A DNA stretch of 64,000 nt, taken from Carcharhinus longimanus (Eukaryota). The position numbers and the translations under genes are program-made. Every line of letters starts with the position of its first letter. The first letter of the stretch is position 1. The stretch lies in NCBI GenBank assembly GCA_030264375.1, contig JASCQW010000150.1, positions 22,315,187 to 22,379,186 of the forward strand, in the 5' to 3' direction. Below, piece after piece: positions 1-13,394 of the stretch. The notes below the pieces were generated by a model. The model had not been told where the DNA came from, made no database searches, and saw nothing but the letters and a program-made list of their open reading frames with translations.

Positions 1-730
1 TCTAATTTGCTGGTTCACTTTAGTTAACTCTGCTTTATTGTCTTATAGTTGTCCTGATTTAAATTTAAAATAGTCGTCTTGGGCGCACCCTTCTCTCCGT
101 CAAACTGAATATAAAATTCAATCATATTATGATCACTGATGCCTAGGGATGACTTCATTATGTGATTATCAATTAATCCTATCTCATTGCACAACACCAG
201 GTCTAGTATAGTCTGCTCTCTGGTTAGCTCCATAATGTGCTGTTCCAAGGAACTATCCCAAAAACATTCTATGAATTCTTCATCTATGCTACTTTTTCCC
301 GTCTGAATTTTACAGTCTATTAGGTAGGTTCAAATTCCATGGTTTTTGACAACTCCCACTACCTTTTCCTTGTCCTACCGTGTAGTTACAATTAGGAGGC
401 CTGTACATCAGTACCACAAGGGACTTTGTATCTTCATCATTTCTCATCTCAACCCTTACCATTTCTACATCCTAGTTTCTTGGATTTAGGTCATCCCTCT
501 CCAATATGCTAAAACCATTATTAATTAACATAGCTACCCCTCTACCGTTTCCTAGCTTCATGTCCTTCCTAAATGTACCCTTCCATATTCAGGTCCCAAT
601 CTACATCATCTTGTAGCCATGTCACTGTAATGGCTTTCAGATCATAATTATTTATTTCAATTTGAGCTAACAGTTCATCTGTTTTGTTTCAAATGCCAAA
701 TGAATTCAGATACAGAGACTTAAATTATGT
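1..730 (-). mobile_element. CR1-type LINE relic, endonuclease region
   Basis: Minus ORF 24-248 contains ILDLVLCNE...SLGISDHNMIEF (APE-endonuclease LDL and SDH motifs). Surrounding sequence is degenerate. Confidence 0.8.
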
Positions 731-2359
731 CCTTCTGTTATTTTTGTAATGTCTAGCTATATCTTGTCATCCCTTACCCTCAAGGCACTAAAAAGCAAGA
801 CTTACATGATAGAAAAGGGAAATTAGACAAGAACAGTGGAAAATCCTCAGACTTGAACTAAATGTCTGAAGAACTGTATTTTAACTTGTATCAATTCAGC
901 ATTAACATTTGCCATAGAAGAGAGAAGGTTATTTATTTATCTTATTGCTGTTTGTGAAACTTTGCTATGGGCAAGTTGACTGCAACATTTTTTTGTACTA
1001 TAATAGCGACTACACTTAAAGGAATTCATTTACTGTAAAGCATTTTGGCATATCATGAGATCATGTAAGCTGCTTCATCGATACAAGTTATTTCATCTCT
1101 TATTACAATAAATCTAAGATTCTACAGTAAAATATTTGCTTGCTTTCAAGTATTAAAATTTAGAAGAAAATGATTCTTATGGATTTTATCTGGAATTATA
1201 ACAGAAGAAGCATGGAGATAGATAAGCATTTAGGCATGCTAGGAAATACCATAAACATTTGAAAATAACATTAACCTTGACACATTAGGCACATTTTTTC
1301 CTTTTGCAAATACAAGTCATCTCTAATAGACACACAAAAAAAGGCAAGATGCATTTATGGCAATCAAATGTTTTGAGAGAGGAGAAAAGAAAAATCAGTC
1401 GCTTGGATCACCAACTGGAAAATTCAGAAAAATGTACATGATTAAATGGAATCTATTAAGTAAAACATTAGAAGAGACAACTGCATTTTAAGGGCTACTG
1501 AATGGAAGATTATCCTCTGTCTCTCAACACTCTGCCTTGCAACACACAGGAGACTTCCAAGCAATGCTTATTATTATTATTATTTGTGCCTGGAAGGAAT
1601 TCCAGAATAAAATGCCAATTTCTTTTGACCAGCATTTTATACCATAGTATTATGACTTGGCAGGCACAATAATTGGTAGATTCATAAACATTATAATAAT
1701 GTAATTGCATTACAAGCCAAGGACAGATGTAAAAACTAATAAATTATAAAGCATGTCAAGTGTGACAGTCCTTTTCACTTAAAGCTTGAAAACAATGCAA
1801 ATGATTATAGAGTGTACAACTAAACTACTACTAATGATCTTTTCAACACACTATTTCCCAATTTAACTTCCTACTCAATTTGTCTTTGCATTATTTTCAT
1901 CAGCCAAGGCAGGGGTGAGGAGGCAGAAAGCCATGTTACAAATATCTGTAGGGATTTCAAAACTTTCTTTGTAATTAATGAAAAGTATGAAGCAATACAA
2001 GTTGTCTTGGATCAGAATTTCCCTTTCAAATGGTCTATGGTTGGGTGGAAATTACCATTCCACTAACAAGAAAATCTGCACTGACAACCGTACATGAGGT
2101 GTGATGATTTATGATCGAGAAATTATGAATGCAGTAGTTAAGTCACTAGGCTAATTATGTCACAACTAATCTAAATTCAAAGTGCCCTCAGTTCAGTGAA
2201 ATACATATATTGAACATCATCATCCATAACATCTCAGCATCTGTAACCATTCATTTGGATCAGTTGTAAATAATGAGCAACAATTACTTGTCCTTCTATT
2301 TGAAGTTATTTTAAACCTACAAAATGTATGAAAGGCGAGTTATGTTATTTTGCTACAAA

Positions 2360-3070
2360 CACGAGAACTAAGGGCATGAGTAGTCCATTTGGACCCTCAA
2401 GCCTGCTCCATCATTCAATAAGATCATGGTTCATCTGATGTGGTCTTACCTTTTCTTTCTTGCCTCCCCCACACAATCTCCAATAGCCTTCAATTACCCT
2501 ACTGATCAAAAATCTAACTCTGTATTCCAAAAGCTAATGATCATCTGAGAAAATAAATATCTCAGCACCACAGTTTTAAATAGGAAACCCTTAAATCTAA
2601 ACTGTACCCCTTAGCTCTAGATTGCTCCATGAAAGAGGAGGTTTTATTAGGCTTGATAAAAACAAGGAAGTAGAAAATCAATCAATATCTCTGATGACAG
2701 AACAACTAACAGAGAAAAATTCAGAAACTGCAAGATTTTATTCTGCACAGCATTCACAGGTACAAGAGAAACCTGCTTCCTTTCACTGAGGCTATAAAGA
2801 CCAAGGAACATAGATATAATGTTTTAGGCAAGACATGCCAGGAGGAATATATGGAAGAGCCTTTTTTTAAAAGCGGAGAGGTGGTAATGACCTGAAACTA
2901 ACTGTCCACAAGGCTGGTGGAAGCAGGATCACAATGATTTCAAAAAGGAAATTGGATGGACACTTGAAGGACAAATACTAGCAGAGCTATGGGGATAGAG
3001 CAAAGGAAAAGGCCTTAGCTCATTATTCCACAGAGAGCTGGCATGGATTCGATGGGCTGAATGACCTCTG
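2360..3070. mobile_element. Two CR1 3'-end fragments in opposite orientations
   Basis: gcctgctccatcattcaataagatcatgg (minus, ~2400) and a plus-strand tail ending gatgggctgaatgacctc (~3060). Confidence 0.55.
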
Positions 3071-4039
3071 TAAATGAACGTGACATTAAGCCTATCCCTA
3101 CCTCAGCAACTCCTCCTACTTGGTTCCTCTAATTATGGTATTTCCAACACAGCTTAACGAAACACTAGCAAATTGCCAATGGCAATGCCACAATTTGTTA
3201 ATGAATATAAATTTATGGATATGCAATAATTGTTCACAGAATGGAAACTTAAGAGATCCACTCCACAGATCCATCTAGTGTCCTGAGGCTGTAACTATAT
3301 TGTGACAGTTGTCACAGAAATTGAATGGAAGATAAACACAATTTCTAAAAGTAAATATTGCCACAAAAAAAAAGACCAAATGTTGTGACAATACGAAGTT
3401 TGTGAACAGGAAATGCATACCCCATTGAAGATTTTAAATACAAAATCACATACAAAAATCTAAACATAAACTTCTACGTATTCTTAAAAGTTCATCACAA
3501 CCCCTTGATTTTTGAAAAAATGTTGACGGGAAATTACAATTTAAGGATAATAAGGGCTATAATAATCTTGACCTTTCCAAATGTCATTATATAAGATTCA
3601 AAAGAACTAAGTACAAATTTCATACATTTTCATAGAGTGAATATAGGATATTCTCTTTCAATCACAAATATTAGCGTACTTGTAAAATTTGCCATTTTTT
3701 GACAGAACAACCTCTGGTCTAGTTTTTTTGATTTTATTCAATCCCCAATGGATAGTTGCAATGTTTTAAGATTCTTACAACACATCGGAAAATGAAAACG
3801 AATCTAAAAATCTGGTGAAGATCAGTTGCCAAAGGTGCATGTAAATTACAAATATACCATCAGTCAGAGAATAGATGCTTACAATTTTATGTAAAAGGAG
3901 AGTACATATCATTAATATCATGGTCATTGGTAATATGTACCGTATATAACAAAATTCTACCCAATGCAGACCTAAAGATAAATCATATGTATTTTTGTGC
4001 AGAATTTTCCAAGTCAAAACACAATGGCATGCCACACAC

Positions 4040-6050
4040 CAACATTCCATACATGAGGGATGACAAAAAAATGTCAACAATTCTCAGACAGTCCCTTCCA
4101 CCTAAGGGCTCACTAGATAATATTGATGAAACATGGAAATCTCTGCAGTCAAAGTTGCAGTTAACCTGTTTCAGAAAAGGGCCAGGAACAATGATTGGTT
4201 CAAGATCTACCTTATACAAATGTCCCCCGTCATCAAAGCAAAGAATGCAGCTCACCTGTCTTAAAACTTGTCTCCTAACCCTAAAGCAATGTGACAATCT
4301 CAAGCTAGTCAACACAGCAGAAGACAGCAAGATACTGTGCCAACGAGCAGTGGAGCAATCTATGTGGAGAAATACAAACTGTTAGTGACAATGATAACCT
4401 TGATGATAATGGTAAACTTTGCACTATGTATGATGGTGATAAAAGAAAACACAATCCCAAAGTTATTATTTTGGAATCACAGATGGGGAAATAGTCACTG
4501 ACAAGAACAAGCAAATGGCCCACTGGATAGAGCACTACTTAGAGTTGGATATCTCACTGCCTGTGCTTGATAGTCTTCTGCAGCAATTTGTCATGCATTA
4601 GTCTGATGCAGAACCCTCATTACGTGAGCTTGAAAAAGCTATTGACTCCATAACAGCAGGGAAAGTGCAGAATACCTACTGAGCTACTCAAGCATGAAAA
4701 ATCCCATCTGCTGCCATTCCAGCAGATGAGGTGTTGTAGGTGAGAAGGTTCTGTACCATAGGATATGCGCGACACAAACATCACCTCATACAAGAGCAAG
4801 AGAATGAGGGGATTGAAACAGCTCCTGGGGTGTCTCACTCCTCAGATGTCATTCTTATGAGGATCCATTGACTAGCCAATAGAATATACCCCAAGGCAAG
4901 ACATAACTTCAAATGGTAGGTGTGATCTTCTTCCTACGTGAAATTTAAGAGAATTGCAGACAACAGCAAACACCATCTAGATTGCTTTTGTCAATCTCAT
5001 TTTCCCAGACAAAAGATCAAGTTCCAAAGATTCATGGATCTTATGTCCAAAGACTGAATCATATCCTCCCTCACCAGTGTCAAGAAAATGTAGTAACGAG
5101 GCAGCGTTATTTCTGCCTGTGATCAACCTCAACAGCACACCATTGGAAGCAATCAGAAAGTCCTAATATCTTGGATCCACAGTGACAGACAACTGTCTCT
5201 TGACAAAGACCGATTCTCAAGCAATGGAAAAAAAACCCACCAACTTTGGTCAGCTAACAAAACAGGCATAGAAAACCAACAAACTGACCTGCAGGACTGA
5301 GATGCTTACCTATAAGGTCCATATCCCCAAAACGGCAGTGAAGCCTGAATAACTTACACCTATCAAGAAAAAAGGCTCAATAACTTCCAACTCTGGGGTC
5401 TACGACATCCTCAGCGTCACATGAAAGGACAAAATCACCAATGAAGCAGTCATTTCTAGGCCAGAAATTCCAAGTATGCTTGCACCAATCAAGCAAAGCA
5501 GATTTTGCTGGCTTGGCCAAGTGCACAGAATTAAAGAGTCATAACGGCTCAAAACATTAGCTCTGTTTTTCTCTCCACAGAAACCGCCAGATTTGCTGAA
5601 GTTTTTAGGCATTTTCTGTTTTTATTTCAAAGTTCCAGCATCTGCAGTATTTTGCTTTTATTTATGCACATAATAGAAGATGGTTACATCCCCGAGTATA
5701 CACCAAGGATGCTGTTCAAAGAGAAATGAAGTGCCCCACCCCACCCCCGCAACATCAATCACAACAAGCGGTAAACTATAGCTGATGATCAGTGCCTATG
5801 GCAACATCAACTGTGGACAGGAATTCACCACCACCACGTTATGTGGTTTCAGAAGCTCCAAAATAGACAGCAACCCTGCAAACAAGGCATCAGAAAAGAT
5901 CATCTCACGCCACCAGCAAGGGACAACTTCATTTGTGGCACTTATGGCAGACTTTACCTTTCCACGATATAGCCAATAAAAGAAATGCACATCACCAAAG
6001 TTCTTAAGTTGCATTCACATCATCTCTCGCATATAGGAGGATGCCAATTG
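4040..6050 (+). mobile_element. Degraded RTE-clade LINE (RT region to 3' end)
   Basis: Frame-broken motifs IPTELLK, EGSVPxDMRD.. and the C-terminal CWLGQVH (cf. RWLGHV), with many stops and frameshifts. Confidence 0.7.
5528..5663 (+). mobile_element. Penelope-like terminal-repeat fragment nested in the RTE LINE
   Basis: ctctccacaga..gccaga.ttgctga...gcattttctgtttttatttca...tccagcatctgcagtattttgctt resembles a recalled abundant shark repeat. Related copies occur at ~46270-46375 and ~63010-63120 (opposite strand). Confidence 0.55.
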
Positions 6051-9000
6051 TTAACATTCCAATGCAAACTTAAATGTTTTTTAAATAACAGGTAGGTTTG
6101 TCAATTGATTGAACTTCTGAACAGATAATCACAATATTCATCCGGTCAGTAATGGTTTCCACACATCGTGGCCACATTACAATTTTTTATTTTTAAACTT
6201 GAAACCAAATTCTGCACAAAGAAATTAAATGTAACAGTTTAAATATACAATACCTACCACCCAAAAGTAATTAAATTACAAATTAATATTGCAATAACTG
6301 TCAACACACCAGAGTTACAAAAAATTGGCTGCATATTATAAGCAATGCTACATTCATNNNNNNNNNNCACAAAAGCATAGTTGTACAAATGAGCAAACTC
6401 TTAATAGCCCTTTTTCCTGGTTTGGTTATTTAGAATGATTTAACATAAAATGGTTTTGTTCAAACTGCATAGTTAATACAGCATTTAGTGGAAATTCACT
6501 GTTGATAACAAAGGTCTAACCTAAGATTGAGAAATCATGCTAATTAAAACATATTGCTTATTGAAATATATGGCAACAACTGTCTTTCCTGTTTCTGGTC
6601 TTCATATTATTTACATCTAAACGGCAGCAAAAGGAAAAAAATTATTAAAACTGATGCCATTTTTAATTAAAAACTGTGACTTTTATACCTAGTTTTCATA
6701 TCAATGGAAGTTAAATTACTTATGCAGAGCATCTTAATAGTGTCAAATATTTACAAGGAAATAGCCCAGAATTTGTGGTTGTAATAATAGAAAAATTTTC
6801 AACATTGTCAATATTACAATAAAAAACTGACAGCAACTTCTAGTGTCCGCACATGAGAAATTAAAGGTGGAAATCTGGTTATTTCTGTCAACAATACCCT
6901 GCTCCTCCACAGGGTGCACAGTTGCAGTCTTTGCAGCTGCAATCAATCAACACAGAATCACTGACTTGACATGAAATGTAACTTTTTATGCACAATTCTC
7001 ACTGTAAGAACCAAGGAAAATGTTAATCCTTGCTCAGTCATGAGTAACTGAGTTCTTATACTGTTACACTTTCCAATGAACAACCTCTCTAGCCACAAAA
7101 AGTTAATTTAACATGGAGACTGATGCATTTGAAAAGCACAGTTAATAATGATTGATTTCTAAAACAAAGTTTTTGAATTTTTAAGTTAATGATATTTCTG
7201 CTTCTCCTTTAATCCCATGTCTGTGTCCCAAACTTTATTTCAATTTTTATAAAATGATTAGATGGGAATTATATTGTCTGCATTTTACTCTCTGCTTTAC
7301 TATGATAATTATTAACCTGATAGGCTTATTAGCTTGCCTGCTGCCTGTCCTTATGCAGAATACCACATACCATCCATAAAATTCAACATAGCATTAGAAT
7401 AGACGAAATCTATGCTTTAGAGACAACACCTCCACCTCCAGCCCTGGGGTCAGTAGGGAGTGCCATTCTTTTTCCATTGACTGCAAAATCTGGATCATTA
7501 ATATTACATGTACATTAAAATAAGTATGAAGCATATATTTAATGCTATTTGCAGTAATGTTTTAATAGCACTACCGTAGATACTTAAAAACAGCTCAAAG
7601 ACATTTTACAATGGGATTACATACATCTCGGCGAAGCCTAACATAGTTCAAATACAAGAAGCCCGCTCCACAGAATGACTTTAACCAAATTACCAGTTGT
7701 CTTTTACAGAAAATATTTCTTAGAATCTGCAGTGTTGTGAAATTATAATGTTATTCCAGGATAGAAGCAATACATAGGATTTGTCCTCAGCTATTTGTCT
7801 GTAAAGTACACCATAAATTTAACATCCAGCGCACTCCCAGATACTAAAGCACGATTTTTCCTTTTGCTATATTTATTAACCCCATTAATTCTGTGGAATT
7901 TCTACAACCATATTTTGGCTAGATTGTGCATTTTACAACAAATTCATGAATTGCAATTGTTATATCTGAACCTATGTATGTGCAACAATTTGCTTGCAAT
8001 GAAGATGAACAGAAATTAAAGTTATTTTATACAAACCTGGACAAAAAGAACTTGGTCAATTGTTTTGCATATTGCACACCACAGATTTCAGAAGGATATT
8101 TTGCAAGTAAACCTGAAATTTTGTTTGGAAAGCTTCACTGCTATTTTGAATACAGCAACAATTAAATTATATCACACGATAAAATTAAATTAATATCATG
8201 TAGCCAACTCTGAATACAGCAAAATCCCATCATGAGATACAGGATCAAAATAGTTTGCAAAAAATATTTTCCAATCATTACAAAATCCAATATTCAGATA
8301 TTAATTTCCAAACTCACTAAGACCTGAACATTCCTGTAACTCAGCTAATTTAAGCAACAGTGGTGATGTTGCTGAAATGTACCTTCAATGAAAATGGAAT
8401 TACAAACTTAACTTGATCTACTTGTCAGTTTTACTCACTAACCCTTTCTAGCTAAAAATCAATAACCCCTACCAAAATAAAATCTGCTAACTCATTTAAA
8501 AAAGAGTTAGACATCCTATCTGTGATTAGGAAGTGGTCCAAATGACTCAGATAAGGAAATTGCATTCACACAATTAAATAAGACGAAAGCAATAACAATA
8601 TCTTAATTTATGCAGTTTAATCACAGCATTACTTCATAAAAGTTACCAAGTAGATGAGAAGGTCATAAGCAATTCCAGTGCTGTAATTCCCAAATCTAAA
8701 CTATTTCAACAAATTTAATCACTGTATAATCTTTACCGTTGTGAATACAAATTTGTGATTAATTCGCTAATGACCAGCTCAAATTATAATTCACTAGTTT
8801 CAATACTTTGTTCAGAAAAGCACTACCCGGGTCAAGCTCTGTATTTTTGAATAAAATTACCATAAAATATTAATTTAATTCATATATTCTATATTTTCAG
8901 GGGAGCAGAAAAATTACACCCAGTTCTTAATGGCACAACAGTATAAAGTGTTAATACATTTTACTATTAAAGTCAAGATAGTTGGACTGCTACCAGATTT

Positions 9001-10314
9001 ATTGCCAAATGTACAGTTAGAAGTCCAATAAATCCCAAGTTATTAAAATATTCTCCCAACATTTGTTTCATTTTATGTTTAAAAAACGCCTCTGCCTAGC
9101 CTCGAGCGATTGTCCATAATTGACGTGTATATGAAAAATGGAGTTCACTCTTTTTTTAAAAATCATCAATGCTAAGATTACAGTCGCCTGCCGAGAGAAG
9201 TGCTGGATAAGAAAACGAGGAGCGTACATGTGCTTCGAAACAGACCATTTGCTGGTTGCTTTTGAGTGCGGGAGCTGTCCATGGTACTGAGATGGGCTGC
9301 AGCAAGATGCCATGACATCTCTACTTAACTCGTTTTCCATCTCTCTGAGCACTGCGTGCAAAAAATATTTTAAAATCCACATAGTCGTATCAGCCACCTT
9401 TTCAAGAAAGAAAATGTTCGAACTGTCTAGCTATCTATCATGAAATGCAAAAGGAACGGTCTAAAAAGTACATCCGACAGAAACATGCATTAAAGGATAC
9501 ACGATACGAAAAGCTTGCGAGGCACATTTTGTCTTTGGTTTAATTTCTGAATCTATTTAACATTTATTTTACAAATGTTGCTCCAATTAGCTCAGATGGT
9601 CGAATCGTTCCAGAACAATCAACATTTTATTTAAGCGGAAGGGGAGTGTGACAGTAACTTCTGCAGCCCATATTCTGACATTGGATTACATTTTAATTTG
9701 GAAAAATGGGGAAGGGAGGGGAGGGGGGGGGCAGGCTAAAATGTATCTTTATTCATCTGAAACATCCACAACCGATGGACTGCAGCGGATTCATTCATAA
9801 ATGATAGTGGCACAAGGGTGTTACTAAATTCACAGACCGCACAAGGCAGGACGTCCAGCCTGTCCCAGATGTAAAACTAAGCGACGTGCCACCTACATTT
9901 TCTTTTAATTGCCAAGCTGAGTATTATTTCGGGTGCACATAACGAGGCCTGACTTCGTTCATAGTTTGTTTTATAGCGACCCAGATAAACGCTTCTCCCT
10001 CCCCGAAAAGAAACTAAATAAATTACCCNNNNNNNNNNNNNNNNNNNNNNNNNNNNNNNNNNNNNNNNNNNNNNNNNNNNNNNNNNNNNNNNNNNNNNNN
10101 NNNNNNNNNNNNNNNNNNNNNNNNNNNNNNNNNNNNNNNNNNNNNNNNNNNNNNNNNNNNNNNNNNNNNNNNNNNNNNNNNNNNNNNNNNNNNNNNNNNN
10201 NNNNNNNNNNNNNNNNNNNNNNNNNNNNNNNNNNNNNNNNNNNNNNNNNNNNNNNNNNNNNNNNNNNNNNNNNNNNNNNNNNNNNNNNNNNNNNNNNNNN
10301 NNNNNNNNNNNNNN

Positions 10315-10575
10315 TCCGCTGGCTCTCCCGCTCCTCCACACACTTGTCTCCCTGCCCTTTCCTGCGGCAGTTTTAGATGTTGTGGTTGTCTGTAGGTTGG
10401 GTGCTGCCAATCTCTGTGTGTGTGTGTGTGTAAGTGTGTACATACACAGCGCTGTCTCTATCTCGCGCGCTGACGGTTACTCTCCAGCCGCCATCTTGTT
10501 GGGAGCAGCCCCTAGACCGGCTGACGTCACAGTGAGGCGGCGCGAGAGTGGAATTGGCGGGATGACAGCAGCAGC
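10315..10575 (-). promoter_or_regulatory. CpG-island promoter / first exon of an unidentified minus-strand gene
   Basis: YY1 site GCCGCCATCTTG at 10487-10498 (CAAGATGGCGGC on minus), full CRE TGACGTCA at 10522-10529, CGCG motifs at 10461-10468 and 10540-10547, (TG)n at ~10415-10430. CpG enrichment extends to ~9100. N-gap 10029-10314 interrupts it. Confidence 0.72.
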
Positions 10576-10576
10576 T

Positions 10577-11600
10577 GGACAGATCCCAACTGATCCAGAC
10601 TTATCCCCAATTGATCCAGACTAATCTCAACTGATCCAGACTGATCCCCTGATCCAAACAGATCCCACTGATCCAGACAGATCCCAACTGATCCAGACTG
10701 ATCCCAACTGATCGACAGGCCCCAACTGATCCAGATGAATCCCAACTGGCCCAGATAGATCCCAACTGATCCAGACTGATCACAGCTGATCCAGACTGAT
10801 CCCAATTGATCCAGATAGATCCCAAATGTTCCAGGATGATCCCAATTGATCCAGACTGATCTCAACTGATCCAGATTGATCCCAACCAATCCAGACTGAT
10901 CCCAATTGATCCAGACTGATCTCGACTGATCCAGACAAATTCCAACTGATCCAGACTGATCCCAATTGATTCAGATAGATCCCAACTGATCCATATAGAT
11001 CACAAGTGATCCAGATAGATCCCAACTGATCCGGACTAATCCCAATTGATTCAGACTGATTTCAGCTGATTCAGATACATCACAACTGATCCCAGCTGAT
11101 CCAGACAGATCACAACTGATCTAAACTGATCCAAATTGATCCATACTGATCACAACTGATCCAGATAGATCACAACTGATCCAGACAAATCCCAATTGAT
11201 CTAGACTGATCCCAACTGATCAAGATAGATCACGACTGATCCAGACTGGTCCCAACTGATCCAGATAGATCATAACTGATCCAGACTGGTTCCAACTGAT
11301 CCAGGCAGATTCCAATTGATACAAACTGATCCAGGCTGATCAAAACTGATCCAGATAGATCACAACTGATCCAGATTCCAATTGATACAAACAGATCCAG
11401 ACAGATCCCAACTGATTCTGATTGATCCAGGCGGATGCCAACTGATCCAGATAGATCAAAATTGATCCAGGCCAATCCATATTGATCCCAACTGATTCAG
11501 GTAGATTCAAATCGATCCCAACTGTTCCAGATATAACCCAACTGATCCAGACAGCTCCAACTGATTCAGATAGATCCCAGCTGACCCATACTGATCATAA
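10577..11600. repeat. Tandem minisatellite, 10-bp GATC-core monomer with ~20-bp dimer structure
   Basis: About 100 monomers such as ACTGATCCAG, ACTGATCCCA, ATAGATCCCA and ACTGATCACA, directly visible. Confidence 0.97.
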
Positions 11601-11719
11601 ATTGTGTCCTAGATCCATGCTCTACATGGGTGCAGCCCTGATCAAAGCATGATATTGGAAATACTCAAGGGCTCAGACTAATGTATCAAAGACATAGAAT
11701 GGGAGTGGAAAGTGAATTA

Positions 11720-12520
11720 GATGTTATGTGAATTAATAAGACTACTAAAGATTAGTATATTGGGTTGATTCTACATTGTGGGGGTGACTAATGGGGTGCT
11801 CAAGAGATCAATATTCTGGCTGATATTATTTGCAATCTACATAAATGTCTTGGAAGTGTGGGCAGAAGCAAGAACTTGTCCAGATTTGTTAATTATATTA
11901 ATTTTAGAATGAATATTGTTTGTAAGATGAGAAAATGGTTCAAATGCAGAGGGATTATTTATAGATTAGGTACTGGATTGTCAGGTTACAGATTCCATTT
12001 AATGCAAGTAAATATGAAGAAATTATATCAAGGAATAGGAATAAACATGAGGAATATTAATTAATTCTGAATCTACAGTGTTAATTGTATATTAATTGTA
12101 TGTATTTGTAAATCATGATGGGCATTAACTGGGGGTCTGTTTGAGCCTCTGTAAATAGCCACAGACTAAAACCGTGTTTGTTGGATTAGGAGGTGCATGC
12201 TTGTAATGTGTATCTCTGTAAAGAAATAAAATAGTGTGTAAAGATTGGCTTCTACTCTGTCCTTCGCCAACTGTTCTTTTGGGTTTGATTATACAGGCAT
12301 AATATGAAATGGATCAGTGAAGATTTGTGAATTGGATTGATGGTAATCAGCAAACTATAAAGTGGCAGTAAACAAACAAAAAAGATATGCAAATGTATAA
12401 ATGGTGAGACGGAGTATACATTTGTGTAAGATCATTGTCATTTACTGAAAGCATTGAATTTAATTCACATGATTTCAAGGAGAATGTCCTGAATTTGTAA
12501 AGGCATACACAGGAGCTTCA
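11720..12520 (+). mobile_element. Old CR1 fragment interrupted by a short LTR-like insert (~12079-12295)
   Basis: ggggtgctcaagagatcaatattctggc...atttgcaatctacataaatg (GVPQGS..LF.IYIN-like). The insert starts TGT and has a TATA-like motif and AATAAA. Confidence 0.4.
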
Positions 12521-13394
12521 GTTTGTTTTGGAATATCAGTACCACTAGTAAGATACCACTGCTTAACCATCTTTTTTATTTGAAGTGAGAAATCTTCATA
12601 AGACCATGAAATGTAGGAGCAGAATTAGGCCACTGGAATCAAGTCTGCTCTGCCATTCAATCATGACTGATATTTTTCTTATCCCCATTCTCCTGCCTTT
12701 TCCTCAGAACAATATTTTTTTAAAAAAACAAGATTGTCCTTAAAATGATTGTGTTACATTGCATAAAAGTTGAATTAAGTTATATGTTTTGAGTTTGACC
12801 ATCATGATTGCTGTGAAACATTACATTTATTCATTACATATCTGTGAATATATGTATCATATATTCTAATACTATCATTTTAATAGTACTATACATAATA
12901 CTGTATTTTACATTTTGCTAGTTACCTATTAAATACTGTTAAGGGTGAAACACTCTTTGCTCTTTGTATTATCATTTATTGTGGTATATTTTGCCTGTTC
13001 AGAGTTTGATTCTGGTAGCCTGATCTAAAAACACACAGTAACTCTGCAACTGCAAAAATATTGTGGCAAAATGCCAGAGACTCCTTATGGACTCCCTGGA
13101 ACAATTCACCTTAAATCAGGTAGTGAAAGGTGATTATGAATAAAAGTTGAAAAGTCAAAAATACAACGAATCAATTGTGTGTGTACCTGAAGCACAGACA
13201 TTTTCTCCTTTGTCCAGTTTGGAATTTACATTTTTGTTTTATTTACTTCAATTACCTTTATTTTTTACCATTTTGTTTTCAATTATTTTTAAATATGCTC
13301 CTTCTTCATAATCTAACAGAGAACCCTCCTATCCCCCATGATTTCTAAACTGTGTGATTCATTTCACAGTTTGGGACTAAAATTTACTTATTTT

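Noticed and set aside
10527-11475. Minus-strand ORFs encoding DQ(L/S)GSV-repeat peptides
   Set aside because: They are a by-product of the 10-bp array. Several frames give the same peptide, they are broken by stops, and there is no Kozak or splice context.
10577-11600. CRISPR-like or Dam-methylation (GATC) array
   Set aside because: There are no unique spacers or cas genes, and the context is vertebrate, without Dam methylase.
13003-13119. AG...GT-bounded exon-like segment on the plus strand
   Set aside because: Stops occur in all three frames near its start and no partner exons were found.
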